64,000 bases of DNA. Source: Maricaulis sp. (GTDB lineage Bacteria > Pseudomonadota > Alphaproteobacteria > Caulobacterales > Maricaulaceae). Below are positions 48,754 through 58,081 of the stretch, one piece after another (position 1 is the stretch's first letter; each line of letters opens with the position of its first letter). A model generated the notes under the pieces. The model had not been told where the DNA came from. It made no database searches and worked only from the letters and a program-made list of their open reading frames with translations. Both the position numbers and the translations under genes were made by a program. The DNA lies in NCBI RefSeq assembly GCF_015665295.1, contig NZ_JADFAJ010000011.1:21652-85651 (forward strand). The letters are read 5' to 3'.

Positions 48754-49635
48754 TTACGCCTTTTCGACCACCGGCGCGGCGGCCAGCATGGCACTGGCAT
48801 AATCGGTGATCGAATAGCCGGTCTTCGACTGGGAATTGAGCACATTGGCCGTGTTCCAGATCCAGCCGCCCGGCGATTGCCAGGTGTTGAGTTGCGCGGT
48901 CATCTGGCTGGGTGTCAGGGCCGGCGCCGAGGGTGATCCTGCGACCGCCATGCCCGGGCGGACAAAGGCCTGCGCATTGCTGACCCCGATCGACGAACCG
49001 GCCCGATGGATCTCCTGGACCCATATGCGGGGATCATTGCTCGCGCCGCCGGCATAGCATTGCAGGTTGAAGCCGACGACCGGCTGGCTGCCCAGCTCGG
49101 TCATGTTGGCTTTCAGGCAATCGATCCACATCGAGACGCCGTAATAAGGGCAATAGGTCAGCTTTGCGCCCATGCGCTGGTTGAGCTCGATCGTGAAACG
49201 GCTGATCAGGCCGGCCGGCTCGGTCAGGTATTCCTCATAGTCGAGGTCAAAACCATCGGCGCCGAGGTCCATCAGGACCTGGAAATTCGCAAAAAGGTTT
49301 GCTTCATTGGCCCCGCCCCTGTTCAGGATGGACTGGATGTTCTGGAAGTCGGACACACCGCCAGAGCCAACCGAGAACCATACATTCTGGGCCAGCCCGG
49401 CCTTTCGGGCGGCACTGATGATACCGCCGATCCCGGCACCGGTGGTCGGGTCGAGCACGCCATTGGTGACCAGCGGCACGTCATTGTAGTGCAGGTTGCC
49501 GTCCGGGTTCACATGGACTGACCAGAAGATGTAGTCATTCATGCGCGATGCGAGCAGTTCCGACTGCGTCGGGGCCAGCAGGTCAGATTTCCCGAACAGA
49601 CCCGTGATGTACGCGCCGGCAAGATTGGTGGTCAT
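48754..49635 (-). CDS. GH18-like (chitinase-fold) protein without signal peptide
   Basis: The 293-aa product contains DGFDLDYE, which matches the DxxDxDxE catalytic motif of glycoside hydrolase family 18. No N-terminal hydrophobic signal is present. Confidence 0.55.
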   Translation of the reverse strand: MTTNLAGAYITGLFGKSDLLAPTQSELLASRMNDYIFWSVHVNPDGNLHYNDVPLVTNGVLDPTTGAGIGGIISAARKAGLAQNVWFSVGSGGVSDFQNIQSILNRGGANEANLFANFQVLMDLGADGFDLDYEEYLTEPAGLISRFTIELNQRMGAKLTYCPYYGVSMWIDCLKANMTELGSQPVVGFNLQCYAGGASNDPRIWVQEIHRAGSSIGVSNAQAFVRPGMAVAGSPSAPALTPSQMTAQLNTWQSPGGWIWNTANVLNSQSKTGYSITDYASAMLAAAPVVEKA

Positions 49636-49793
49636 GATAGTGCCTCCCTGGGCTTGGCGGAGGCCGTCCGCGCAGACTCACGGGAGACAGGATAGCAGAT
49701 TTAATCTCAGGTTGCGATTCACGACAGGGCCACCCCCGGTCCGGACTTGTGCCGGACCGGGGGTGCGCGATCCTGTCAGACCGGAGCGGCGGC

Positions 49794-50873
49794 TCACCCC
49801 TCGCTGGGCGAGGCGCCCATCGGGTGGCCCGCGGCCAGGGTCGGCGCATCCGACGCCTCGCCCTCACCGCCGCTGCGGACCCGCACGGCATTATAGGCAC
49901 CGATCGAGTGCCAGACCGCTTCCAGCATGACCTGGAAGGCGTAGAGCAGCACGAAGCCGACAATCAGGGCGATCAGCGTGCCGGGCTGGCTGAGGCTGGA
50001 CTGGAGGCTGGCGAGAACGGCGTCAGGATCCACCTGGCTACCCTGTTCCGCGACATCGACCAGATCCATGAGCATCGGGAAGAGCGCCGCCAGCAGGGCC
50101 AGCTGGACCACGAAGCCCAGCGTGCCGCCAATCACCATCATGATGGCATAGGCAACGACATAGCTGACCAGAAGCGGCCAGAACACGCCCTTGCTGGCAT
50201 CCCAGCTCTCGAAGAAGCGCAGGCGTCCGTCCAGCACGGTCAGGGCCGGCGCTGAAGCCAGGCGGATGGCAAAGACCAGCAATGCGACCAGAACCGCGAG
50301 GAAGGCGAGAAAGGCCAGCAGACCGCCACCGAAACCGATCGCTGCGGAATCGCCACCGCCCTGCGCCATCATCACGGCGCCGAAGCCGAAGATCCCGATC
50401 ACCAGGGCCGCGCCGAAATAGGCCACCGCAGCCACGACCACGTAGAGCAGATTGACCCCGATCAGGCGCAGCTCGTCGCCGCCGAAACGGATCGGAACGA
50501 CCGGCTTGATCTCACCCTTGGTGAGAAAGCGCAGCCAGGCGGCCTGGAACGTGACCGCAAACAGGAAGGTGAGCGGGATAATCAGGAAGCCATAGGTCAG
50601 GAAGGGCATCAAGATGCCGAAGACCTGCCGCATGGCGTCGGCATCACTGAGACCGCCATGGGCGTCCGCCTCGATGAGTTCGAACAGGTTGATATAGGCC
50701 GGCCCCATCATCATCACCGACAGGGCGACGAGAACCGCAGCGCACAGTGCCTGGAAGACGAAAAGCCAGAGCGCGCCGCCCGGCTTCTCGCCGAAGCGAA
50801 TGAAAAACCAGAAGATTGCCTTGCCGATATCGAAGCTTTGCGTGGCCATGATCAGTCCCTGCCCTTGCGTCAC
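49794..50873 (-). CDS. multi-pass membrane protein, paralogue of 50937..51857
   Basis: The 359-aa product has at least 6 hydrophobic helices. It shares blocks with its neighbour (RFGGDELRLIGVNLL versus LQLSGDEWRLFIVALL; AIRLASAPAL versus IARLSISFPA). Confidence 0.6.
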   Translation of the reverse strand: MTQGQGLIMATQSFDIGKAIFWFFIRFGEKPGGALWLFVFQALCAAVLVALSVMMMGPAYINLFELIEADAHGGLSDADAMRQVFGILMPFLTYGFLIIPLTFLFAVTFQAAWLRFLTKGEIKPVVPIRFGGDELRLIGVNLLYVVVAAVAYFGAALVIGIFGFGAVMMAQGGGDSAAIGFGGGLLAFLAFLAVLVALLVFAIRLASAPALTVLDGRLRFFESWDASKGVFWPLLVSYVVAYAIMMVIGGTLGFVVQLALLAALFPMLMDLVDVAEQGSQVDPDAVLASLQSSLSQPGTLIALIVGFVLLYAFQVMLEAVWHSIGAYNAVRVRSGGEGEASDAPTLAAGHPMGASPSEG

Positions 50874-50936
50874 GATAATACCATCATGCGCGCCTGACGA
50901 AAAATCGCCAGCGGGAACAGAGCCGCAATCGTCCCG

Positions 50937-51857
50937 CTAGGCGGAAGTTTGGGTTCGCACGGCGTGGAAATGGGCATAGAGACCGGCAATTACAGGCAGG
51001 TTGAGGATGGCAAAAAAGCCGGTCACCCGCATGTATTCCTGCATCATCACGAAGCCGCCCGAGGTCTCCACCGTGGCGCCGACGGTGACCGGCGTCGCCA
51101 GGAATCGATCACCCAACATCGCGCTGAGCGCCTCATAAAGCCCGATCTCGATGGCGAACAGGGGCAGGACTGCCAGCGCCATCGCGCCCATGATGCGCCA
51201 GGCCTGGCCCTCGCTGAGCGTCCAGACCGACAGGACCCGCACAGCGCGCTGCGCGATGCTGGCCGGGAATGAGATCGACAGACGGGCGATCAGCCAGGCA
51301 ACCAGCAGGAAGGCGACGGCATTGACGACCCAGGCCGCGATCCAGTCGGCCAGTGTCATGTAGCTCATGGCGGTCGGCAGGTCGAAACCGGCCTCTTCCG
51401 GATTGATGCCGGCCCGGTCGACCGCACCGCCGGCAATCGTGCTGAACACGACAAAGGCGAACATGGCCGCCAACAGGGCGACGATGAGGACCAGCGCCGC
51501 ATTGAGCAGGGCCACGATGAAGAGGCGCCACTCATCGCCGGACAACTGCAGCCCCCAGCGACCGGCATACTCGTCGCGCACGGCAAGGCGAAAGGCCATG
51601 GCCGAGAAGGCCAGGCTGCCAACGGTCATGGCGATCAGGGCCGTGGCATCAAGGGTCAGCCAGAAACCGTCCAGCGGCGCAGCCTGACCCTTTTGCGCCA
51701 GCCACAGCCGGACCGCATAGGCCAGGGTGAAGGGCAGGCCGGCCAGCGCAAAGCGCTGCCAGTGCGTGGCCAGCAGGCCATAGGCGACCACAACACTGCG
51801 CAGGACGGGTATGGGCAGGACGGGAATGGGCTGGCTCGACATGACGGCTCCGATCAC
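50937..51857 (-). CDS. multi-pass membrane protein, paralogue of 49794..50873
   Basis: The 306-aa hydrophobic product shares the blocks described for 49794..50873. Confidence 0.6.
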   Translation of the reverse strand: MIGAVMSSQPIPVLPIPVLRSVVVAYGLLATHWQRFALAGLPFTLAYAVRLWLAQKGQAAPLDGFWLTLDATALIAMTVGSLAFSAMAFRLAVRDEYAGRWGLQLSGDEWRLFIVALLNAALVLIVALLAAMFAFVVFSTIAGGAVDRAGINPEEAGFDLPTAMSYMTLADWIAAWVVNAVAFLLVAWLIARLSISFPASIAQRAVRVLSVWTLSEGQAWRIMGAMALAVLPLFAIEIGLYEALSAMLGDRFLATPVTVGATVETSGGFVMMQEYMRVTGFFAILNLPVIAGLYAHFHAVRTQTSA

Positions 51858-51913
51858 TTCGTCGCCAGAGATACCGCCCTGCCCGCAAGGATCAAGCGCG
51901 ACGCGCGGTCGCG

Positions 51914-52168
51914 TCAGCGCTGCATGCGGTAATCAAAGCGTTGCTCAACGCCGCTGCGCCGGACTGGAACCCCGTCCTGGGTGGCCGGGTCGTAGCGCCA
52001 GCCCTCCAGAGCATCGACCACAACCTCGTTGAACGCGCCTGGCGGGAAGCCGCCGACGATCTCGATGTCGTCCACTTCGCCGGTCTCGGTGACGACAAAT
52101 CTCACATAGATCACGCCCTCAAACCCGGCCATTGCGACCTCCAACGGGTATCGCGGACCATCCCGCAT
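51914..52168 (-). CDS. stand-alone TonB C-terminal domain protein (or gene remnant)
   Basis: The 84-aa product reads PRYPLEVAMAGFEGVIYVRFVVTETGEVDDIEIVGGFPPGAFNEVVVDALEGWRYDPATQDGVPV. It has no TM or Pro-rich region, and the trmFO start lies only about 50 nt upstream. Confidence 0.5.
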   Translation of the reverse strand: MRDGPRYPLEVAMAGFEGVIYVRFVVTETGEVDDIEIVGGFPPGAFNEVVVDALEGWRYDPATQDGVPVRRSGVEQRFDYRMQR

Positions 52169-52218
52169 GACGACAAGCCTGCCCCCGCCCGCTTGACTCC
52201 CATGCGCCCCGGTTCGAT

Positions 52219-53619
52219 ATGCCGCGCATGACAGATCAAGCGATGAAACCCGTTCACGTCATCGGCGGCGGCATGGCCGGTTCCGAGGCCACCTGGCAGC
52301 TCGTCTCCAAGGGCGTGCCGGTCATCCTGCACGAAATGCGCGGCGTGAAGGGCACCGATGCCCACCATACAGACGGGCTGGCCGAGCTGGTGTGCTCGAA
52401 CTCCTTCCGCTCGGATGATCACCGCACCAATGCGGTCGGCCTCCTGCACGAGGAAATGCGCCGCCTCGACTCGATCATCCTGCGCCAGGGCGATGCCGCC
52501 CGCCTGCCCGCCGGCGGCGCGCTGGCTGTTGATCGTGACGTCTTCTCGCAGGCCGTCACGAAGGAGCTCTCCGAGCATCCGCTGGTGACGATCAATCGCG
52601 AGGAAATCCCCGCCCTGCCGCCGGAGGACTGGGACAGCGTCATCATCGCCACCGGTCCCTTGACCTCGGAAAGCCTGTCCGAAGCGATCCTGAAGGAAAC
52701 CGGCGAAGGCGAGCTGGCCTTTTTTGATGCCATCGCACCGGTCGTCTATCGCGACAGCGTCAACACCGAGAAAGCCTGGTTCCAGTCACGCTATGACAAG
52801 GGCGAGACCGAGGCCGAGCGCAAGGCCTATCTCAACTGCCCGATGGACAAGGACCAGTATGAGGCCTTCATCGACGCGCTTATCGCGGCGGAAAAGACCG
52901 AGTTCAAGGAATGGGAGGCCAACACCCCCTATTTCGACGGCTGCCTGCCGATCGAGGTGATGGCCGAGCGCGGTCGCGAGACCCTGCGGCACGGCCCGAT
53001 GAAACCGGTCGGCCTGACCAATCCGCACAATCCGACGGTGAAGCCCTGGGCCATCGTCCAGCTGCGCCAGGACAATGCGCTGGGCACGCTGTTCAATCTC
53101 GTCGGCTTCCAGACCAAGATGAAATACGGCGCCCAGGGCGAAGTCCTGCGCATGATCCCGGGTCTCGAGGAGGCCCGCTTTGCCCGGCTTGGCGGCATCC
53201 ACCGCAACACCTTCCTGAACTCACCGAAACTCCTCGATGCGCAATTGCGCCTGAAGAGCCAGCCGCGCCTGCGCTTTGCCGGCCAGCTGATCGGTGTCGA
53301 GGGCTATGTCGAAAGCGCCGCCATGGGCCTGCTCGCGGGCCGCTATGCCGCCGCGGAGCGCCTGGGGACTGCCCTCATCCCGCCGCCTGCCACCACTGCG
53401 CTCGGCGCGCTGATCGGCCATGTCACGGGCGGTCATCTGGATGGCGGCAAGGGGTCTTTCCAGCCGATGAATGTCAATTTCGGTCTCTTCCCGCCGATCG
53501 AGCAGCCCACGATCGATGCCGACGGGAATCGCATCAGGGGCAAGGCCAAGACACCGGCGCGCAAGACGGCGCTGTCGGAGCGCGCGCTGAGCGATTTGGC
53601 GAGCTGGGCGGCCGGCTGA
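52219..53619 (+). CDS. trmFO: methylenetetrahydrofolate--tRNA-(uracil-5-)-methyltransferase
   Basis: The 466-aa product contains [18 protein letters not shown] (FAD motif). The true start may be one of the downstream ATGs (52228 or 52243). Confidence 0.93.
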   Translation: MPRMTDQAMKPVHVIGGGMAGSEATWQLVSKGVPVILHEMRGVKGTDAHHTDGLAELVCSNSFRSDDHRTNAVGLLHEEMRRLDSIILRQGDAARLPAGGALAVDRDVFSQAVTKELSEHPLVTINREEIPALPPEDWDSVIIATGPLTSESLSEAILKETGEGELAFFDAIAPVVYRDSVNTEKAWFQSRYDKGETEAERKAYLNCPMDKDQYEAFIDALIAAEKTEFKEWEANTPYFDGCLPIEVMAERGRETLRHGPMKPVGLTNPHNPTVKPWAIVQLRQDNALGTLFNLVGFQTKMKYGAQGEVLRMIPGLEEARFARLGGIHRNTFLNSPKLLDAQLRLKSQPRLRFAGQLIGVEGYVESAAMGLLAGRYAAAERLGTALIPPPATTALGALIGHVTGGHLDGGKGSFQPMNVNFGLFPPIEQPTIDADGNRIRGKAKTPARKTALSERALSDLASWAAG

Positions 53620-53670
53620 CCTGATCAGCCTGGCGCATGGGCGGCGCAGAATGCCCGAGGAGGAAAGCCC

Positions 53671-55680
53671 GTGTCCCGATTCAATCCGCGTTCCCTGCTG
53701 GTGGCCGTGGCCGTTGGGCTCATCTCGGCAGGCAGCTGTCTTGCACAGGCCTTGCCGGCCGTTTCGGCATTCTCCCGCACGCCCCACGCGAGCCTGGTTG
53801 CCCTCTCTCCAGACGGCTCACGGATCGCCTTCGTGACCAATGACACTGGCGGGAACCTGATCCTGCTCGCCGCTCACCTGGCCAGTGGCGAGCGACGTAT
53901 CTCGAACATATCGGGCCTCGTGCCGCATACCGTGCTCTGGGCTGACAACGACAGCCTGGTCATGGTCGCCAGTCAGTCCGGCCGCCTGCCCTATCTGGAA
54001 GGCATGGTCGATTTCACCGCGGCGTTCGGCTTTGAGATCAATAATGGCTTCGAGCCCGTGCGCCTGATGTCGCGGCAAAATTCCAGTGGCGGCATCGGCA
54101 GCAATCTCGGTGAGGAAGGCAATACCGGCCTCGACCTCAACCGCGGCCGTATTGCGGGGCGGGTGCCGTCAACCGGCGAGGTCATGATCGCGATCAACAG
54201 TGTCAGCCGCCAGCGCGACCTGCATCGGGCGAGTCCCGGCTCCCGGCGCTCGACCCTTGTCCACGAAGGTGGCGCGAGCACGGTCCGGTTTTTCCTCGAT
54301 CGCGACGGCCAGGCCGTCGCCCGGATGGATTATGATGCAGTCGGTGACTATCAATCGATACGCGTTTTGCGTGGCGGCAACTGGGAAGAAGTCTTCGCGC
54401 TGGAAGACTCCCGGATCGAAGGGCTGGAAGTGTACGGCCTGTTGCCGTCCGGGGATCTCGCCGTCGGCTATTACATGGACGACCATCTAAGTGTCCTGCC
54501 GCTGTCGCTGGAGACCGGCGTGATAGGTGCACCGATCTTCCAGAACCAACAGTTCGACCATTCCCGTATCATCTGTGATCCGCATTCCAACCTCGTGCGC
54601 GGGGTTGAGGTGGAAGCGCAGACCCCCACGCAAGTCTGGTTCAATGCCGGGATTGACCAGTTGCGCGGCCAGCTTGAAGCCGCGCTTGGCGGCGTGCCGA
54701 CGACCATCGAGACCTGGTCGAGCGATTTCACCAAGATCCTGGTCGCAACTCATCCGGCCAACGGCCCCACCGTCTATTACTATTTCGACGGAGAAACCGG
54801 CGCACTCTCCCAGTTTGCAAATTCGCATCCCGACCTCGCCGATGTCCAACTGCCCGCCCGTGAACCCTACAGCTATGCGGCACGGGACGGGACGCCCATT
54901 CCGGGCTACCTCACGCGCGCTGCCGGAGCGGGTCCGCAACCAACCATCATCCTGATCCATAGCGGCCCGCAATCACACGGGTCACTTCTCGTGCACGGTC
55001 AGCCGGAAGCGCGCGCGAACGGCCGCTTCGACTATTGGGCCCATTTCCTCGGCTCCCGCGGCTACACTGTCCTGCAACCCAATTTTCGCGGCTCCGATGG
55101 TTATGGCTATGCATGGGCACGCGCCGGCGACGGGCAATGGGGACGCTTGATGCAGCAGGACATTTCGGATGGCGTCAACGCGCTCACAGAGGCCGGACTG
55201 GCTGATCCTGACAGGATCTGCATTGTTGGCGCGAGCTATGGCGGCTATGCGGCGCTGGCAGGGGCAACACTGACGCCGGACCTGTATGCCTGCGCCGCGG
55301 CCTTTGCGCCCGTGACGGACCTGCCGGCAATGCTGGGCTTCATCGACCGGCGCACCGGGCTTTCCAGCGCAATGCAGGCCGGTTTTCGGCGGTCTATCCT
55401 GGGCGAAAACGACCTGTTGAGCTTCACCGAAGCCGACAATGTCTCCCCGCGCCATCTCGCGCCGGACCTGTCGATCCCGGTACTCATCCTCCATGGCGAA
55501 AGCGATAGCGTCGTTCCGATCGAACAGAGCGTGTTTTTCAACAATGCCGCACGCGACCGCGATTTGGTGACCTTCATCCGGCTAGAGGACGGCGACCATT
55601 GGCTCACCCAGCCGCAGACACGTGAAACGCTTCTGACCGAGCTTGAGCGTTTCCTCGCCGAGCATCTCGGCGAGGAATAA
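53671..55680 (+). CDS. S9-family serine peptidase (prolyl oligopeptidase/acylaminoacyl peptidase-like)
   Basis: The 669-aa product has a signal peptide, an N-terminal beta-propeller-like region, GASYGGYAA (GxSxGG nucleophile) and LILHGESDSVVP. Confidence 0.85.
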   Translation: MSRFNPRSLLVAVAVGLISAGSCLAQALPAVSAFSRTPHASLVALSPDGSRIAFVTNDTGGNLILLAAHLASGERRISNISGLVPHTVLWADNDSLVMVASQSGRLPYLEGMVDFTAAFGFEINNGFEPVRLMSRQNSSGGIGSNLGEEGNTGLDLNRGRIAGRVPSTGEVMIAINSVSRQRDLHRASPGSRRSTLVHEGGASTVRFFLDRDGQAVARMDYDAVGDYQSIRVLRGGNWEEVFALEDSRIEGLEVYGLLPSGDLAVGYYMDDHLSVLPLSLETGVIGAPIFQNQQFDHSRIICDPHSNLVRGVEVEAQTPTQVWFNAGIDQLRGQLEAALGGVPTTIETWSSDFTKILVATHPANGPTVYYYFDGETGALSQFANSHPDLADVQLPAREPYSYAARDGTPIPGYLTRAAGAGPQPTIILIHSGPQSHGSLLVHGQPEARANGRFDYWAHFLGSRGYTVLQPNFRGSDGYGYAWARAGDGQWGRLMQQDISDGVNALTEAGLADPDRICIVGASYGGYAALAGATLTPDLYACAAAFAPVTDLPAMLGFIDRRTGLSSAMQAGFRRSILGENDLLSFTEADNVSPRHLAPDLSIPVLILHGESDSVVPIEQSVFFNNAARDRDLVTFIRLEDGDHWLTQPQTRETLLTELERFLAEHLGEE

Positions 55681-55711
55681 GGCGTGAGCCGTGCCCCGTT
55701 CCAAGGGCGAC

Positions 55712-56407
55712 CTACCAGGGCAAGTCCTGGCCGGAGACGTGATAGAAACGGCCGCTCATGACCGGATTGCCATAGGCACGGGCAATCAGATCGAGCTGGC
55801 CGGAGACGGATTCCTGAACCGTAAGCTGACCATTGGGGCCCCCCATATCGGTCTTCACCCAGCCCGGGTGCAGGATCAGCACAACAATGCCGCGATCCTT
55901 GAGGTCTATGCTCAACGACTTGCCGATCGCATTGAGCGCGGCCTTCGAGGCGCGATAGCCGTAGCCACCGCCGCTGTCATTGTCGCGGACCGACCCCATG
56001 CGCGACGACTGAAGGGCAATCACCTTCATCTCGGACTCGGCGACGCGGTCCACAAAGGCCTCGACCAGGGCCAGCGGCGCGATCGAATTGACCCTGAATT
56101 CCTCCAGCATGGCGGCCCCTGCGGCGGCACCGAACCGGCGCGTCTCGGGCGCCATCATGCCGGCATTGGCAAACAGCAGGTCGACCGGCCCCGTGACCAT
56201 CCTGGCCAGCGCTTGGGCACTGTCGGGATCGGCCGCGTCATAGGCATGAATATCCAGCTTGCCCGCGCCGACCTGCAATGCGGCGAGCTCTGTGGCCGCG
56301 GCCGGATCGCGAACCGCGGCGCTGACATGCCAGCCGCGCTCGAGCAATTGCCGGGCATGCTCCAGCCCCAGTCCGCGATTGGCTCCGGTGATAAGCGCGT
56401 GATGCAT
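55712..56407 (-). CDS. short-chain dehydrogenase/reductase (SDR)
   Basis: The 231-aa product contains ALITGANRGLGLEHARQL and YRASKAAL (YxxxK). Confidence 0.85.
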   Translation of the reverse strand: MHHALITGANRGLGLEHARQLLERGWHVSAAVRDPAAATELAALQVGAGKLDIHAYDAADPDSAQALARMVTGPVDLLFANAGMMAPETRRFGAAAGAAMLEEFRVNSIAPLALVEAFVDRVAESEMKVIALQSSRMGSVRDNDSGGGYGYRASKAALNAIGKSLSIDLKDRGIVVLILHPGWVKTDMGGPNGQLTVQESVSGQLDLIARAYGNPVMSGRFYHVSGQDLPW

Positions 56408-56474
56408 GTGTCGTCTCCTTGGTTGCCGCCATGTTGGACGCGAGCGCCCCGGCGAGGCAAGCCTCCTAGACCAG

Positions 56475-57296
56475 CTAGCGGCCGGTCAGGGCCAGCCAGG
56501 TCAGGCGCAGGCGTCGCGCCAGCGGATTGATATCCGCTGCCAGGGCGTAGGGATTGTCCGGCAAGCGCTTCAGATACCCCGCGGCCAGAAGGCAATAGCC
56601 CATCGCCGGCACGGCCTCGGCCGGCAGGGGGCGCGCCGCCTGCAGCCCTTCAACAGCGCTGCGGGCGGCCGCGATGATGCCGGCCCGTGCCTCGGCGACC
56701 TGCGCCTGCCCCAGCCCCTGGGCCATCATGGCGGGCGTCACGCCGGCCGCCGCCAGGGCCTCGCCGCCAATCGGAGCCCGTCCGATCTGCGCGCGCATCG
56801 GGAAGGCCCGCAACAGCCCGGTCAGCCCCCAGGCCCGTCCCGCATCCCGAATGCTGTCCTCGGGCACGGCATCGACGGCATCAACCACGATCAGGGCGAG
56901 ACGCACCAGTCGCACAGCGGTTGCGTCGACATAGGCAAGCAGGTCGTCGAGATCGCTATAGGGGCGTGCCGCAATGTCATCGAAGCGGGCCTCGACAAGC
57001 GGTGTCAGTTGGTCCAGCGAAATGCGGTCCGTGAGCGCGGCCAGCCCCTCGGTCACATCATGACGACGGACCCTGGGCGGGTCGGCATGAAGGTCGGCGA
57101 TGGCGTCGCGCCACCAGGTCAGCTTCATCTCGCCGATCAGGCTTTCCGAGCTGGAATCGGCCGCCCGGCCCAGCTCGTGATTGAGACCGTAAAGGGCCAG
57201 AAGACCGGCCCGTTCCTGCGGCTTTGCGAACAGGGCGCAGAGATAGCGGTCGGGATCGGCATTTTGCAGCAAGCTGTCGATTTCTTTGGCCATCAT
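56475..57296 (-). CDS. squalene/phytoene synthase-family protein
   Basis: The 273-aa product contains ADPDRYLCALFAKPQERAGLLALYGLNHELGRAAD...LTWWRDAI, typical of the SQS/PSY fold family (NDUFAF6-like subgroup). The function is uncertain. Confidence 0.6.
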   Translation of the reverse strand: MMAKEIDSLLQNADPDRYLCALFAKPQERAGLLALYGLNHELGRAADSSSESLIGEMKLTWWRDAIADLHADPPRVRRHDVTEGLAALTDRISLDQLTPLVEARFDDIAARPYSDLDDLLAYVDATAVRLVRLALIVVDAVDAVPEDSIRDAGRAWGLTGLLRAFPMRAQIGRAPIGGEALAAAGVTPAMMAQGLGQAQVAEARAGIIAAARSAVEGLQAARPLPAEAVPAMGYCLLAAGYLKRLPDNPYALAADINPLARRLRLTWLALTGR

Positions 57297-57401
57297 GCGT
57301 CTCCCGGGTGGACTTGGGCGGCATCCACACCATATGTGCGGACATGAAAACGGCCCGACCGGCCCTCATCTTCCCCGACTTCGTCACTGTAAGAGGTTCC
57401 C

Positions 57402-58007
57402 ATGGCTTTCACCCTGCCCGATCTGCCCTATGCCAAGGACGCGCTGGCTCCCCATATCTCCTCCCAGACGCTGGATTTCCACCACGGGAAACACCACAAC
57501 GCCTATGTCGGCAAACTCAACGGCCTCGTTGAGGGCACCGATCTGGCCGAAATGTCGCTGGAAGACGTGATCAAGGCCACTGCCGGTGATGCCGCCAAGG
57601 CCGGCGTGTTCAACAATGCCGCCCAGATCTGGAACCACACCTTCTACTGGCAGTCCATGCGTCCCAATGGCGGTAGTGCACCGACCGGCGATCTTGCCGC
57701 AATGATCGACCGCGATTTCGGATCGCTGGACGCCTTCAAGACCGCCTTCGCCGATGCCGGCGCCACCCAGTTCGGCTCCGGCTGGGCCTGGCTGGTCCTG
57801 GCCAATGGCAAGCTGGAAGTGCGCAAGACGCTGAACGCCGAGACGCCGCTGACGGATGAGGGCGTCACCCCGCTCCTCACCATGGATGTCTGGGAGCACG
57901 CCTATTATCTTGATTTCCAGAACCGCCGTCCGGACTACATCTCCACCTTCCTCGACAAGCTGGTGAACTGGGAATTTGCGGCTGAAAACCTCGCCGCTGC
58001 CCAATAA
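57402..58007 (+). CDS. sodB: Fe/Mn superoxide dismutase
   Basis: The 201-aa product contains MAFTLPDLPYAKDALAPHISSQTLDFHHGKHH...DVWEHAYYLD. Confidence 0.95.
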   Translation: MAFTLPDLPYAKDALAPHISSQTLDFHHGKHHNAYVGKLNGLVEGTDLAEMSLEDVIKATAGDAAKAGVFNNAAQIWNHTFYWQSMRPNGGSAPTGDLAAMIDRDFGSLDAFKTAFADAGATQFGSGWAWLVLANGKLEVRKTLNAETPLTDEGVTPLLTMDVWEHAYYLDFQNRRPDYISTFLDKLVNWEFAAENLAAAQ

Positions 58008-58034
58008 GCCTCTCGTCAGAGCGGCTCTTGCGCC

Positions 58035-58081
58035 CTAACCTTCCCTTCGGTCGATAATTACAATCCCGAAGGGAAGGTTAG
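58035..58081 (+). terminator. 16-bp-stem hairpin between sodB and the next gene
   Basis: ctaaccttcccttcgg-(15-nt AT-rich loop)-ccgaagggaaggttag. The 3' arm ends immediately before the ATG at 58082 and contains the only SD-like sequence (GGGAAGG). Confidence 0.5.
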
